Below the pieces are notes generated by a model that was given only the letters and a program-made list of their open reading frames with translations, searched no databases and was not told where the DNA came from. This document shows positions 35,458 through 55,502 of a DNA stretch of 64,000 bases, piece by piece. The stretch's first letter is position 1; each line of letters opens with the position of its first letter. The translations under genes were made by a program, and so were the position numbers. The stretch spans positions 60,512,001 to 60,576,000 of the forward strand of contig OZ024748.1 in NCBI GenBank assembly GCA_964016885.1, read 5' to 3'. The DNA comes from Eledone cirrhosa (taxonomy: Eukaryota).

Positions 35458-37884
35458 TAGAAGCAAGACATAGAAAACATAAAAAAAACAATGTTTTTTC
35501 TGGGAGAAAAGTGAAGGAGAAAAGTAAAGTTTTTAACGGTTATATATATATATATAAAGTTTATCGCGGGTTCAATCGGGGGTAACTAGGGTAAGTAAGG
35601 TACTCAATACATAGCAGAGTATAAATATTTAATATAGAGTATAAATATTTAATATAGAATTCTCCCGAATGAAACGGTTCTAGTCCTGTAGAAGCCCTGT
35701 GAACACTTGTGTAACGTGCATCGTGTCCTTTCAGCAACAGTCTACCACAGACTACATCTTCCAATGTTCCCATTATAGTGAGTAGTGTGTGGTTCAAGTG
35801 ATTTTACATGGCTATGTCCACCAGGTAGTATAATCACGTAGATGCCTCGTCATTGGATGTATCTACCTGTTTATTCATCGATAAATGGATAGATAGAAAT
35901 ATAGATATATAGGTAGATGGATACGACATATAGATACGTTTTACCGCAGTGACTTAAACAAATCTCCTGGTACACACATATATATATATAAGTACACATC
36001 AAAAACGATGAATCATCAAAGCTGGATGAAAAACACTGATAAACCATATAAAAACACAAATACATCAATTACTTGGTTATGGCTCTTTCAACTATTTTAC
36101 ACAGGAGTAATGGAGCTTACATTTAGTAATCATGTTATATTGTGTTAGGTAGGTTACTACTACTACTTTCACTCATGTAACTATTATGGTTAACTGAGTT
36201 AGGGACTGAGGAATTATATATGTAGCATGAGTTTTATAATATGGAGAGATGGAGAGTTACATGAACAGTAAGCATAATACATCACCCGGTTTTAACACCT
36301 TGACCTTGCTCTTGGTTACCTTTTAGCTGTGTCTAATCTGTTGAAAGTATTCGAACTAGATCTCCTGTTTCAGGATAGCTTCTTTTCTCTCTCACACATG
36401 CCTTGTCCTTCTATGCACGACTAAGCAGTAAGGTTTACAAAGTTGCACCAGGAACCTCAGTGGTAATTTTAAAACGTATCGTCTGTTATAACCACCATAT
36501 TGCCCTTACAGGATTATGCAGTCTCCGTTTTCTTATCGGCATTCGCTCAGTTGTTAGCCTATATCAGTCGCCCGGTTTAACACTTCCATCTGGCTCTTTG
36601 GTGTTTTCTGTGAAGTAAACCTTTTTGCAAGCATTTAAGCTAGACTACCATTTTAAGGATAGTTATATTTTTCTCCGAGGGGTCCTGGGGCCTCCAGCAC
36701 GGCAGTGTATGTGACTTTCCTTGCAGGCAAAAAGCGTTAAAAACATATCCATCTTTACTATATCTTCCTCCCTACAACAATCTCGGAGGACTTAAAAACT
36801 GTTGTGTGCTGACTTTCCCTCTCCTGATTAAGTGGTAAATAACATGTCACCAGTTTAAAGGATGTCTTTCTCTCCCCCAGAATCTCGGATACCCTAAAAA
36901 AGGGTTATTTGCACTGTGCTTCTCTATCCTACTCCTTGATTAAACAGTACAAAATTAGCTGGAAGACGTGGGCGATCATAAATAGAAAAATAACTGTTAT
37001 AACTGTAGAAAAAAGTGAGGAAAATGAGGCATATAACTAGAAGTTGGTGGTTATAAAAGATTTAAATGGGGTTAATGGCATTTAGTATGTCAGAATAATA
37101 AGCAATTAAAGAAAAGAAAATTTTAACTGTAATAAACTAATCGATATATAAACATGTTGGTAAATTGTTGACAACATTGAAAGGTCAGCTACCAGTTGGA
37201 ATGATTTGTACAAATAAGTATTTTGATAATCTTTCCTGAAGATTTGGTAGGACTGAGAGATATAAACACGAGATGATGCTTTGTTCAATAATTCTTAAGA
37301 CAAAGTAGTGTGTAATGTTTCTATAAATTGGCATCATTTGGTAGACAATATACACATAACAATGTCACAGCCAAACATTCGTTCTTGCGATTTACTTGAT
37401 ATAAGTCAATACAATAGTGGAAACGCAGAGATGCTTAAATGGCTAAACCGAATGTGGTTTTATGGGAATCTTTAAAATGGCGTATTATTGTTCAATACGT
37501 AGGAATACTTACAACTGTTTGTCGTTATCTATGTAGCCAGATGTTTACTTTATGACAAATAATGGAGAGAAACGTTGTATTCATTATCATCATAATCAAA
37601 TTAAGGTGTTGAAAATGTTATAGCAAGCTGAAATGTATCAAGTGGTGGTTTGCGAGACGTGATTTAAAGCTTAATTGAATATTTAGTTTGTTAATTTCTG
37701 AAGAGTCTATCTATGAAATAAATCAACAATTTACAAATCTTTACACAGAATCATTTGTAGTCAATTGTGAATAATAGCCACATATTGATAGATAAATGTG
37801 CTTCAAATTGTTACAGAATATTCACCATACATGACAGACACTCAGCAGCTAAGAATATATTTCTATATAACATTCAATAATGGA

Positions 37885-38099
37885 TTATTATGGCACTAGG
37901 CCAACAATTTTGGGAGAAGAGGAAAGTCGATTAAATTGACCCCAGTACATTACTGGTACTTTTTTTTATGGACCCCTTAAGAAGGAAAGGCAAAGCTAAC
38001 CTAAGGGGGATTTATTTGAACGCAGAACGTAAAGTGTCATAACTCTATACCGCTAAGAATGTTGTCCGATGCTCTACCGATTCTGCCAATCCACCGCCT
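37885..38099 (-). mobile_element. SINE family B, diverged
   Basis: ..CTCTACCGATTCTGCCAATCCACCGCC end and AAGGCAAAG core. Confidence 0.75.
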
Positions 38100-39624
38100 A
38101 TACAATCATATAAAGGCAAAGAAGATTCTTAATTGCAATGTGCTATTATAGTCCACAGCAGAATGGAAAGAGTGGAATGTTCCAGTTATTTTAACAAAAC
38201 CATCGTCAATGAATAAAATGGTTTAATTTAAGTCCTTGTTAATCTTATATATATATATATAAAGTGTGTGTGTGTGTGTCAGTATATATTTGAGTTTGTG
38301 TGTATGTGGGTGGCCGTTTGTCAGGGTTTTTTTTGTGTGTGTATGTGTGTGGGCGTTTGTGTGTGCATGTATATATTCTTGTTTATATTAAAAATCTATA
38401 ACATCTATATATTTTTATATATTGTGTATTGTATATAACGAGTGTATATACAACGTATATATGTGCTGTATTATATATACACAATCTCTACATGAAGATT
38501 GGTTTCCTTTGCAATGAAGATCGTTTGATAAGAGATTGTCACATTGATTAAAGCATCTCATTGGAGAAGCGAAGAGAATCAATGACAACACCTAAAACTA
38601 CAACTACAACAACAACTACAGCAACAAGAAAACTATCATGAAATATAAACAAATGAAAAAGACTACAAAAAGATATGAATTAAATAAAGTTTTCTGTTTC
38701 GTCGACACTCTGACGCCCCATGTTATACCAGGTCACACTAAAATGCTTGCTACTTCCAAAAATTTCGTAAAATTGAATTTCATATTGTATTTTATTACAT
38801 TCTAAATTTTATCTCCAATTTTATTATTGTTTCCCGATATTTAATCATTGCTTTTATTACTACTATTGTTATTGTTACTTATTTTCTTATTTATTTACTT
38901 ATTTGTTTGTTTATTTGTTGTAAATTGTGCTAGATAAATTCCTGGCTTTGATCGCTGAAATTAAACGGTTGATCTTTTCCGTCCATTTCATCTTTCTCTT
39001 TCTTCAGAACTCAGTCTTTAAGCATTGCAAATAAATTCTACTTTCATCTCCCACCCATGTACTTTTCGATAATATTGTTCATTCTCTTGTTGTTGTTGTT
39101 GATATTGATATTGTTGCTGGTGGTGGTGGTGGTGATGTTGGTTCTGTTTTTGCTGTTATTGTCGATATAACAGACGTTAAGAACGATATTATCCGAAATA
39201 GTAGTAGTATTAGTAGTAATATAACGTTACTGATCGTAATAGTGATTTCAGTGTTGTTATTGATAAATTTGTACTTTATTTAACAATTTAATTATAACAA
39301 TATTAATAATTATTGTACTCCACTGATAACATTTAGTAAGGTGTATATAATATAGTTAGTGTGGGTTGATAGCAATAACAAGTTGTTAAAGGAAAAATAC
39401 AGAGCGATTTGGAAATGACTATTACAGAAGTAAAACGAAAGTATATATAAAAATAAAGTGCTCATTTGTTGTATGGTCCCGTAACTCCTGATAACCGTAG
39501 AGGCGCCGTATTGACATACGGTGTTTCTTGGGCATTTTAAGCCTGGCTGAACACATCCCTTTCCAGGTCTGAATACAGCAGATTTCGTCCAGAGTGAGAG
39601 AGAGGAAATGAGAAAGAGATATAG

Positions 39625-39788
39625 TGGAAGAATCGACCTCAGTACTAGACTGGTACTTTTTTATCGATCTTGAAAGGATGGAAGCAAAGTTGACCGTGGT
39701 GGGATTTGAACTCAGAGAGCAGAGAGGCGGAACGAATACAATAACGCATTCTATCAGAGGATCTAACGATTCTGCCTATTCACCGCCT
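39625..39788 (-). mobile_element. SINE family B, old copy
   Basis: CTGGTACTTTTTTATCGA..GGATTTGAACTCAGA..GATTCTGCCTATTCACCGCC. Confidence 0.65.
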
Positions 39789-40134
39789 GCTTATCTGCTA
39801 CGCCTGTCTAAAGTAGAAAATAAAGAAAGGGCGGCGGAGAGAATTTAAATAATAGTTTGACATATAGATTGTTTAATGATTCAAGGAGAATAACAGGTGT
39901 TAATTCCCTTATATATCTGTTTTATAGCTTATTGCGGCTGTCCATTAATGGCTGACGCAGGTGACGTAGGCATCATGGCTGCAATATTTAGTTTATTCCA
40001 GAAAGAATACAAGGCTCGGAATCAAACTAGATGTTACAATCTGGTGAGACGTGAACTAGGGCAAAGCACGACCGTGATGTAAAATATATCGGACCGCGGT
40101 AAAATATATCGGTGTAAGCGTTCGGAATATAAAT

Positions 40135-40495
40135 AATGTTTTTCTAGTTTTGGCACAAGGCCATCGATTACCTCAGTGCATCACTGGTACTTTATTTTAT
40201 CGACCTCGTAAGGATGAAAGGCAAAGTTAACTTCGGCCGATTTGAACTTAGAATGGCAAGGGCCGTAACTATGCTGCATAGCATGGTGTCTGACGCTCTA
40301 CCGATACTGCCAAACCACCGCCCTATAATATAAATAATAATTGTTTCTACTTTTGGCACAAGGCCAGCAATCAACCAGTATATTACTGGTACTTTATTTT
40401 ATCGACCCCGTAAGGATGAAAGGCAAAGTTAACCTCGGCGAGATTTGAATTCAGACCTCAAAGGGACGTAACTCTGCTAGAAAGCATGGCGTCCA
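40135..40495 (-). mobile_element. Two tandem SINE family B copies
   Basis: Two consecutive bodies starting TTTCTA(G/C)TTTTGGCACAAGGCC at ~40140 and ~40344. Confidence 0.8.
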
Positions 40496-40539
40496 AAATG
40501 TTAATAATAATATTATGTAAATTACCTTGAATAAATAAG

Positions 40540-40815
40540 GATCTCTATGGCAATATACCACCTATCAGCAGCTCAATACGTGGACAGAGACTCAGATTTG
40601 CTGGCCACAGTTGGCGCAGCAAGGAAGAAATAGCAGGTGATGTGTTGTTATGGAGTCCATCTCATGGAGCAAGAAACGCTGGTCGTCCCAAGAAGACATA
40701 CGTCAAGCAACTTGAGGACGATATTGGATGCACTGCGGAAGAACTGGCATACGCTATGAAAGACATAGATGGATGGAGGAAACGTGTCGTAGAAAGCCGA
40801 GCAAGCTCGATCTGA
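40540..40815 (+). pseudogene. 3' fragment of an RTE-clade LINE ORF (5'-truncated insertion)
   Basis: Translates DLYGNIPPISSSIRGQRLRFAGHSWRSKEEIAGDVLLWSPSHGARNAGRPKKTYVKQLEDDIG...WRKRV..*; RLRFAGH and GRPKKT are typical RTE C-terminal motifs; TSD ATTACCTTGAATA at 40521-40533 and 40847-40859. Confidence 0.85.
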
Positions 40816-40984
40816 TTATGAAATGTACAATACCTTGTTGATGTATATTACCTTGAATAGATAAAAGAATGTAACTGTTACTCCAACACCATCATCACCA
40901 TCGTTAACATCATTATCACCTTCACCATTACAATTATCATCTTCTTCATCATAATGTTTGAAAATACACATTATCTTCATCACG

Positions 40985-41113
40985 TCTCTTTACGATCTGA
41001 GTTCAAATCCCGCCGAGGTTGACTTTGCCTTTCATCCTTACGGGGTCGATAAAATAAAGTACCAGTAATGCACTGGGTAATTGTTGGCCTTGTGCCTAAA
41101 GTAGAAACAATTA
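40985..41113 (+). mobile_element. SINE family B, 5'-truncated
   Basis: TCTGAGTTCAAATCCCGCCGAGG...GTAGAAACAATT. Confidence 0.8.
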
Positions 41114-41343
41114 TCTTCATCGTTCTCCTTATTGTTTTCCTCATCGTACTCATCATCACACTTATCATCATCAAAATCATCATCATGCTCATCATCTGAA
41201 ATTATCGTTATTATCAATCTCATCAGCATCATCATCATGCTGATCATCACCAAGATCATCATAAATCAATATCATCATCATCATCACCATCATTACTACC
41301 ATCTTTATCGTTACCATCATCTTCCTAATCATCATTATTATCA

Positions 41344-41530
41344 GTGAATTGGCAGTATCGGTAGAGGGTCGGACGCCATACTTTGACGTATAGAGTTACG
41401 GCCCTTGCCATTCTGAGTTCAAATCCCGCCAAGGTTAACTTTGCCTTTTATCCTTACGGGGTCGATAAAATAAAGTACCAGTAATGCACTGGGTAATTGC
41501 TGGCCTTGTGCCAAAAGTAGAAACAATTAT
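41344..41530 (+). mobile_element. SINE family B
   Basis: TTGGCAGTATCGGTAGAGGGTCGGACGCC...GTAGAAACAATT. Confidence 0.8.
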
Positions 41531-43256
41531 CATTACCCTCATGATTACCATCATTATCATTACCATCCTCCTCATCACCACCTTGACTAACACTCCCTAC
41601 ATCCTCACCTCTTACACACTCACTGGCTAAACCATAAACCCACAACTCTCCTCTCAAACTTCCACTCCACCCTATGTCTGTATGTCGCCAATGAATTTTC
41701 CAAAGCTCAGCCTGACAGTTATATAAAAGATCCATTTGTTGAATTCTGATTATTGAATTCGATTTTCTATTAATAATACGATGATAGCTTTTATTGATAT
41801 TCTATAGGAACAGAAGGAAGATGAGTAGGGATGGAGAAATGGGTTGGGGGAGAGTTGGAAAAAATAGGAATGGAAAGGTGTGAGTCTAAGAGAGTTCTTG
41901 AGAGAGGGATAAGGGTGGTTGATTAGAGGAAGGGTGATGTTTAGACAGGGTATAAGAGATACAGGATGAAACAGTGTGAGAGATGGAGAGAAAAATGTGA
42001 GTGTTATTTGTAGTAGAAAGGGGTGAAGGAGAAGATAGGAGAGGTTTGTAAGATTAAAAGAGAGATTAGAGAGGTAGATAAGGTTGGTGTGAGAAGAGGG
42101 GGTATTTAAGATACATAGGATATGGGAGAGAAAGAAGTAGCGGAGACTGATAAAAAATGAAGTGAGGTTGAATGAGACGTGTTTGTGGGAGGTAAAAGAG
42201 TTATGAAGAGCTGGATGTAGGCGAGTGTTAGAGAGAAAGGAGGGAGAGAGAGAGTGGAAAAATTATGAAAACAGGGATAAGAGAATGTATGAGAGGATGG
42301 GAGAAAATATGAGAAGAGAAAAAAAACAGAATTGAAGAAAGCGGAAGTGAGAGAGAGAAGTATTTGTGAGTGTCTTTGTAAAAGGATAAAGAACAGTGCT
42401 ATAAGGGGGGAAGTGTTAGAGAAAAGGTTGATTGGATTTAAAGAAACACGGAGAGAGATTATACATATCTCTATAACTGCTCTGCATTTCCCAATGCATC
42501 GAGTACTCCAATGGTCTCTCAGTCTTAGTAACTCTATCTCTCGCTCTCTCTCTCTCGCTCTCGCTCTCTCTCTATTTCTCGCTCTCGCTCTCTATCTATA
42601 TATCTATCTATATATATAAATATGTGTGTGTATGTACTAAATATATCAACTAGAAGAGAACTTTCCATATACAAACAGAGCAAATATGTATTTAGTTATT
42701 ATGATTTGTACAAAATAATTAATTTGCAATCAACGGTTTCATGATCTAACAAAACTAGCTCAACTGCAAGATATGGGTGTTAGTAATACCTTCAGGCGAA
42801 CGCACTAACCACTAAGCTATGCAATTTAACCACATACTAAAATAATTTCGCTTTAACATTTTAGCACCACTACATATTTTATTTATATTTTAGATGATCT
42901 ACATAAAATAAAGCTCTACGTGTTAGTTTATCGAGCACTCACTCAAACTTTTTCCCCGCAATTCCTTTTTTAAGTATTTCTAAAAAAACTGATTTTTTTT
43001 TAGATGCCTGACTGTGTGCAGTTGTGGTTGTTGTTTTTTTTTTCTCTGTATTTTTCTGTGTAGTATTGTCGTAAATTGTTGAAGACCTAAATTCGTTTGA
43101 AGTTTAACCAAATTTTGATTCCTCGTGACTTTATTATAGCAAATATATATTTAATCTGGAAAATTTCAGGTCAACCGTCATTTGATTTTGTGTGGTGATG
43201 CTTGAGGCAAATCGTTTTTACTCACTATGTCGACCATTTTGCAAAAGAACGATGTG

Positions 43257-43306
<50 letters not shown>

Positions 43307-43317
43307 TACACATACAT

Positions 43318-43357
<40 letters not shown>

Positions 43358-43581
43358 GCCATACTTTGATATACTTGTGCCTGATTTTGTTATTCAGCTT
43401 GTCTTAATAAAATTACATATATACATACATGTCTGTATATATATATATAGAGAGAGATATTCACATATATATTATGCGTATGTATATATTGAGAAATGTG
43501 TTTACAGATACCAAAATCACATTTATATATGTATAAATTATATATAAGAAGAAATTAAAAGATGGTTAACAAAGTTCCATG

Positions 43582-43652
43582 TATTTTATTATGCGCATTT
43601 CAAAAACAAATATCATCCTGGGACGATATTTGCGTTCTCATCAGATAAAATA
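43582..43652 (-). ncRNA. Type I hammerhead ribozyme, canonical core
   Basis: tattttat CTGATGA gaacgcaaatatcgtcc-ca-ggatgatatttgttttt GAA atgcgcat A ataaaata; 8-bp stem I, long stem II with G-U pairs, palindromic stem III, AUA site between 43590 and 43589. Confidence 0.8.
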
Positions 43653-43811
43653 GGGAGGCATGATATGATGCTTAAAAAACACTTGTTAACAAGGTAGTGT
43701 CTAATAAACATATGGTTTATTATATATACTCCAGTCCAATAAACTGTTGAGTGCTACTTATCCGATATTTGCATTGCGTTATTGTTCTACAATAAAACTC
43801 ATCTCTTACAT

Positions 43812-43848
<37 letters not shown>

Positions 43849-44557
43849 GTATTCCATCTAATCGCATGTATTTGTCTGCTTCTCTCTCTCCCTCACTCTC
43901 TCCCTCTCACCCTCCCTCTCTCTCTCTATTTGCGGGTAGTATACATATGGTTGTTTAGATATATTGTCACATTAATAGCCAGATAGTCAGACATGTAGAT
44001 ATATAAATTTACCATCATGGCCATTGTAGAAAATCAGTTTCATTGAAGGCTTATCTACTATTACTGATATCTAGACCAAACATATTTGAAACAACATTTA
44101 TTTTCTTTTGATCAGTGTTTGTATGTTTTTTTTTTTACAATTGGACAACCCGTACTACTATGTATATATAACCACCATCTTTTGGAGTTCCGAGAACATA
44201 CACGAAGTGAAATTTAGAATAACATTTAATAGTATTCTATTAAGCTATAATAAAATTACGGAGTCATTCCAATAAACCTAGTGTTACGTATATTATCGTT
44301 GTACTAAGATGTAATAAAATTAGTTGAGTAAGTGCAAAAGATACTTAGTGTAATGAATTCCTAACTAAAATATGTAATTTGTTAAAACTATCGTCTCAAA
44401 ATGAAGAGGAAACCAGAAGATGAATGCTTAATGTTAATGAAATCTTGTTAAGACCAAATGGTTGATGAATGTGGAAATTGCTGTAACCAAATATAAAACT
44501 AGAATGCATTGAAGCTAGGAAATCGGATGGCGCCTCTACGTTCTTTCTTTCATATAT

Positions 44558-44777
44558 AATAATTTCTGATTGAGGTACAAGGTCAGCAATGCTCAGTGGA
44601 GAGGAAACTCGATTAAATCGACCTCAGTGCATTACTGGTACTTTATTTTATCGATCCCGTAATGATGAAAGACAAAACTAACCTCGGTGAGATTTGAACT
44701 CAGAACGTAAAGAGATGTAAATCAATGCGGCAAACATATTGTCCTGCGCTCTACCGACACTATCAATCCATCGCCCA
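44558..44777 (-). mobile_element. SINE family B, diverged
   Basis: CAGTGCATTACTGGTACTTTATTTTATCGA..GATTTGAACTCAGAACGTAAAG. Confidence 0.75.
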
Positions 44778-45706
44778 ATAGAATTAAATCGAAATTTTAT
44801 ATCAACATTGTTTTAATTTTTCAATGCGGTTTGTTATTAGTGACAATACAATCTCAATTCACAAGTAAAATAATGTATTTATACTAATTCTAACTTAAAA
44901 GCATATAAAGGTAGATGGCCTAGTGGCTGGGTAGTCAAACTTTCTCTTATAAGTTCGTTTCTGGTGCTGTTGGCTAGGAGATTTATTCTCTCGTTATCCC
45001 TTCTGTTAACAGATGACATTTACTGATTGTATCAGTAGGAAAAACAATAAAAAACGTTTGTATCTGAGTCAACCTGACAATCGGTTCTGTTCCATTCTTA
45101 TAAGTAAGTAAAATCTGAATCATTGACCTGTTTAAATAGCGACCAAATATCCCTCAAATAGGATCCTGCCATATTCTCACAGAAAGATACATTAAGTAGT
45201 GAAGTCAGTTTTATTTCATAGATCTTGCAATGAATGACATTCTCATCATCATTAGAAAACTTGATATCGGAGGGATTTCTTACGGGAATGATTTATAAAT
45301 ATACTACATCCATCCATATGAACACATACATACATACATACACACATACACACATACATACATACACACATACATACATACACACATACACACATATGTC
45401 ATAAGAGCAACGAACGCGATTCCGAGTAATGCCATCGTTTGCTACTTAAGCTTGAGCATCAGGTGGTATGTGGTTTTTTAGTCCTGTTATGGACTTGCCT
45501 ATGGCCAGCCATGCTATGCATCGCTAAAAATGTCACATACCAAGCGATGCCTGTGTTTCAAGCTGTTTTAAGTGAAGAAAGGCCATACATACATACATAA
45601 CTTCAACGGTGAGTCTGAATGAATTAAATAATTTCTACGGACTAAGAAAAATTAGGTAAATTTTATCTGCCTGTTCTTAAAACTTATAATTTACAATATA
45701 TATATA

Positions 45707-45898
45707 GGAACGAGTAGGACCCCGACGGCTGATCTCAAGCCGTTTCGACGGCTAATTCTGGACGTCGAAACGGCTTGAGCTCAGCCGTCGGGTCCTACAC
45801 GTTCGGGTCCTACACGTTCCTATTACCCATTCTACTACACTAAGTATTGAGTAGTTTGGTGCGTTATGGTCCATCTGGTTCCTTCACACATTTCCTTC

Positions 45899-45900
<2 letters not shown>
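45707..45900. repeat. Dispersed repeat family C, copy 3, with internal inverted duplication
   Basis: GTAGGACCCCGACGGCTGA..CCGTTTCGACG / CGTCGAAACGG..TCAGCCGTCGGGTCCTAC inverted arms plus a short direct duplication. Confidence 0.75.
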
Positions 45901-45947
<47 letters not shown>

Positions 45948-46044
45948 TGTGTGTGTCTGTGTGTTATGTGAGTAATCAGTGGTTACAGCAGCGACGGTGG
46001 TCGAAGAAGTTGACGCTGTTACTCTCTATATATATGTTTATGTA

Positions 46045-46085
<41 letters not shown>

Positions 46086-46575
46086 TTAGGTCAATGAGAT
46101 CAGTTGATACTTGTATTAAAGACGTCCTCAATATAAATGTGAAACGCTGACGTTTCTTCCATCTACGATAATATTAATATTTTATATCGGCGTAATCGGC
46201 TTAGTTGATGTCATTGAAAGACTCATTAAAGAGAAACAAGAAAATTGTGATTACAACCACATAATCATGTGGCCAGAAGCTGTCTATATATGTGATTGTA
46301 TAGTGTATGTACATATAGGTATATATATATATGTATGTGTGTGTGTGTGATTTATTGTGGGAATCAGACATTTGGTTATACTCTCTCTCTCTCTATATAT
46401 ATATAATCACCATATTACTTGGACAGCTGCTTCCTGATGATTTCTCCCGAATGAAGCAATGAGGCACTTCTAATCCTGTAGAAGCCTTTCTATATTAAAT
46501 GTTTACACTCTGCTTTGTATCGAGTACCTTACTTACTGTGGTTTCACCCGATTGAACTAGGGATAAACTTATATA

Positions 46576-46662
<87 letters not shown>

Positions 46663-46796
46663 ATATGTTTGCGAGTGTAAATTGAAATCACAAAGGAAAC
46701 AATATTGTACAATGAAGAAATATTACGCTTGATAAAGAAGGAAAAAGGTCATTACGTTTCGGAAACTAGTCCTTCATCAGGAGATATATTGAGAAA

Positions 46797-47372
46797 TCTC
46801 TCTATATATAAAACTGAGGTTGTCTGTCTGTTTGTCTGTCTACTAAAACAGTCGGCGCACATCTCCTCCTAAACTGAAATTGCTACACTTATAGATGAAG
46901 GTCCGGCGGAGACATCGGTCAAAAAAATTTACATTTTCTTTAATATTGTAGCATTGAAGGAATATATCTTTCATTGTACCATCCTTTGTAGTGTTACCGA
47001 GGCATTGGTAATGTTATTTATGTTATTCTACTGTAAATTTATTTATATGCTCTGTTTATATTTTCATTCTCACTACCCTCAAACATCTATGAAACTACAT
47101 ACATGTTGCAACTCTCTCTCTCTATATATATAAATTACACATACACATATACACATACACGTATACATCTAAAGAGCGAAAGGGAGATATATATATATAG
47201 AGAGAGTGACATAGGTCGTTATACAGAGAGAGGTACAAGATAATCAGATAGAGAGAGAGAGAATGGCGACGAACGCTGGTTCACACACAGACACAGACAC
47301 AGACACAGACACACAGACACACACACAGACACAGACACACAGACACACACACGCACACGCACACGCACACGC

Positions 47373-47465
<93 letters not shown>

Positions 47466-47750
47466 GACAGAGTGAGAGAGAGAGAAATCTGCGCGTTCTT
47501 TATTGTTCTCCATTCTGTAGAGGAAGATAGCGAGAGGGGGTATGAGTGAGAGAGAGGGGGTATGAGAAAAAAGGGAGAGGGGGTTGAGAAAGAAAGAAAG
47601 TTTAAGCAAAGAATCGCTGCTTTCAACATTAACGGGATCTTCTTAAACTAATAAATTCAATCTATGAACGCAGAATTAAATATTTAGAGAAACGTTGCAA
47701 CCGAAGGAAAATAGGAAGACGATTTAGCAGTTAGGATAATGTATAGCTAG
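46797..47750 (+). mobile_element. Possible non-autonomous Helitron
   Basis: A|TC..TCTATATATAAAACTG..TGTCTGTCTG start and a CTAG|T at 47747-47751; no clear subterminal hairpin, so the 3' end is uncertain. Confidence 0.3.
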
Positions 47751-47840
47751 TAGCGCCAAGAGTGACCAATTCGGTAGAAAGATGTGGTAAGAACATCGAC
47801 CACGACTTTGGTTTGTTTTACATTATTTATTAACAAGGTT

Positions 47841-47929
47841 AACTTTGCCTTTCATCCTTACGGGGTCGATAAAATAAAGTACCAGTAATACACTGGCTAA
47901 TTGCTGGCCTTGTGCCTAACGTAGAAACA
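47841..47929 (+). mobile_element. 5'-truncated SINE family B with 19-bp TSD
   Basis: TSD ATTATTTATTAACAAGGTT at 47822-47840 and 47930-47948. Confidence 0.85.
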
Positions 47930-48514
47930 ATTATTTATTAACAAGGTTGAGCTGAGTAGAGCTGAGTAGAGCAGGCATGCCAAGAGAGATAAAACAAACG
48001 AATTAAGAATTTCAGAAGGCACGGTCCACTGGCTGAAGTGTTGCCAGTCGTGGTTAAGTTGTTGTTACATATTGGCTAGTGATTTCACGTCGAAAGAAAG
48101 TTAGTTGTTTACCTTTCCACGGTCAGGATGCAAGAGAGAGAGATTTCTCGAATCGACGCGGGAATTTTTCCCTCAGGGCGCGTAGAGATACATTCTCCTC
48201 CGCTAGCGGCATTGGCTGGGCTGAGCCAAATAACGCACGGAGAATGTATGTGAGCCTGCGGAATGTAGGTTACTACAACAATATTTTGGTTCGTGAAGAC
48301 GTTCCCTGGTAATGAACGGAAAAAAAGCGAGGATAATACGTCGTTATGTGGACCGAGAAGAACAATTTCATGCAAAGACAAGACCAAGTTTATGGTGTAA
48401 ATGGAGTCGTTAGACTAATATTCTATTTAAAATAACTGAATGATTTACAGCCCCGGAGTTTAAGAATGATGTAAATAAAATTGTAAACGAAAATGACAGA
48501 GGTTATTAAAATAG

Positions 48515-48625
48515 TTATTTCTTCTTTTGGCACAAGGCCAGAAATCACCAGTCTATTACTGGTACTTTATTTTATCGATCCCGTAATGATGAAACGCAAA
48601 GTTAACCTCGACGGGATTTTAACTT
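48515..48625 (-). mobile_element. SINE family B, partial
   Basis: TTTTGGCACAAGGCCAG..CTGGTACTTTATTTTATCGA..GTTAACCTCG. Confidence 0.7.
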
Positions 48626-48891
48626 TGCCTTAAAATAGTAAAAGTAAATAGTGAAGATTTAGGCCAGTACATACGTATGCGCCGACGGACATACACATAC
48701 ATTTACACACGCACCCCCCCATACACACGTGTGTGTGTGTGTGTAAACCTTATGCATTTCTACAGTATTTTCACCAAACCTAAGACATAGGTTACATATG
48801 TACTCCGTATGGTCATGGGCACTTTCATTTTTCCAGATATTGATTATAGGGCCTCCCCTTTAACCACTTCCTTGGAGTCGACTAAAGCACT

Positions 48892-55500
<6,609 letters not shown>

Positions 55501-55502
55501 CA

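Noticed and set aside
48060-48400. GC/CpG-richer patch as promoter or exon
   Set aside because: No supportable motif set or meaningful ORF; cannot be classified from sequence alone.
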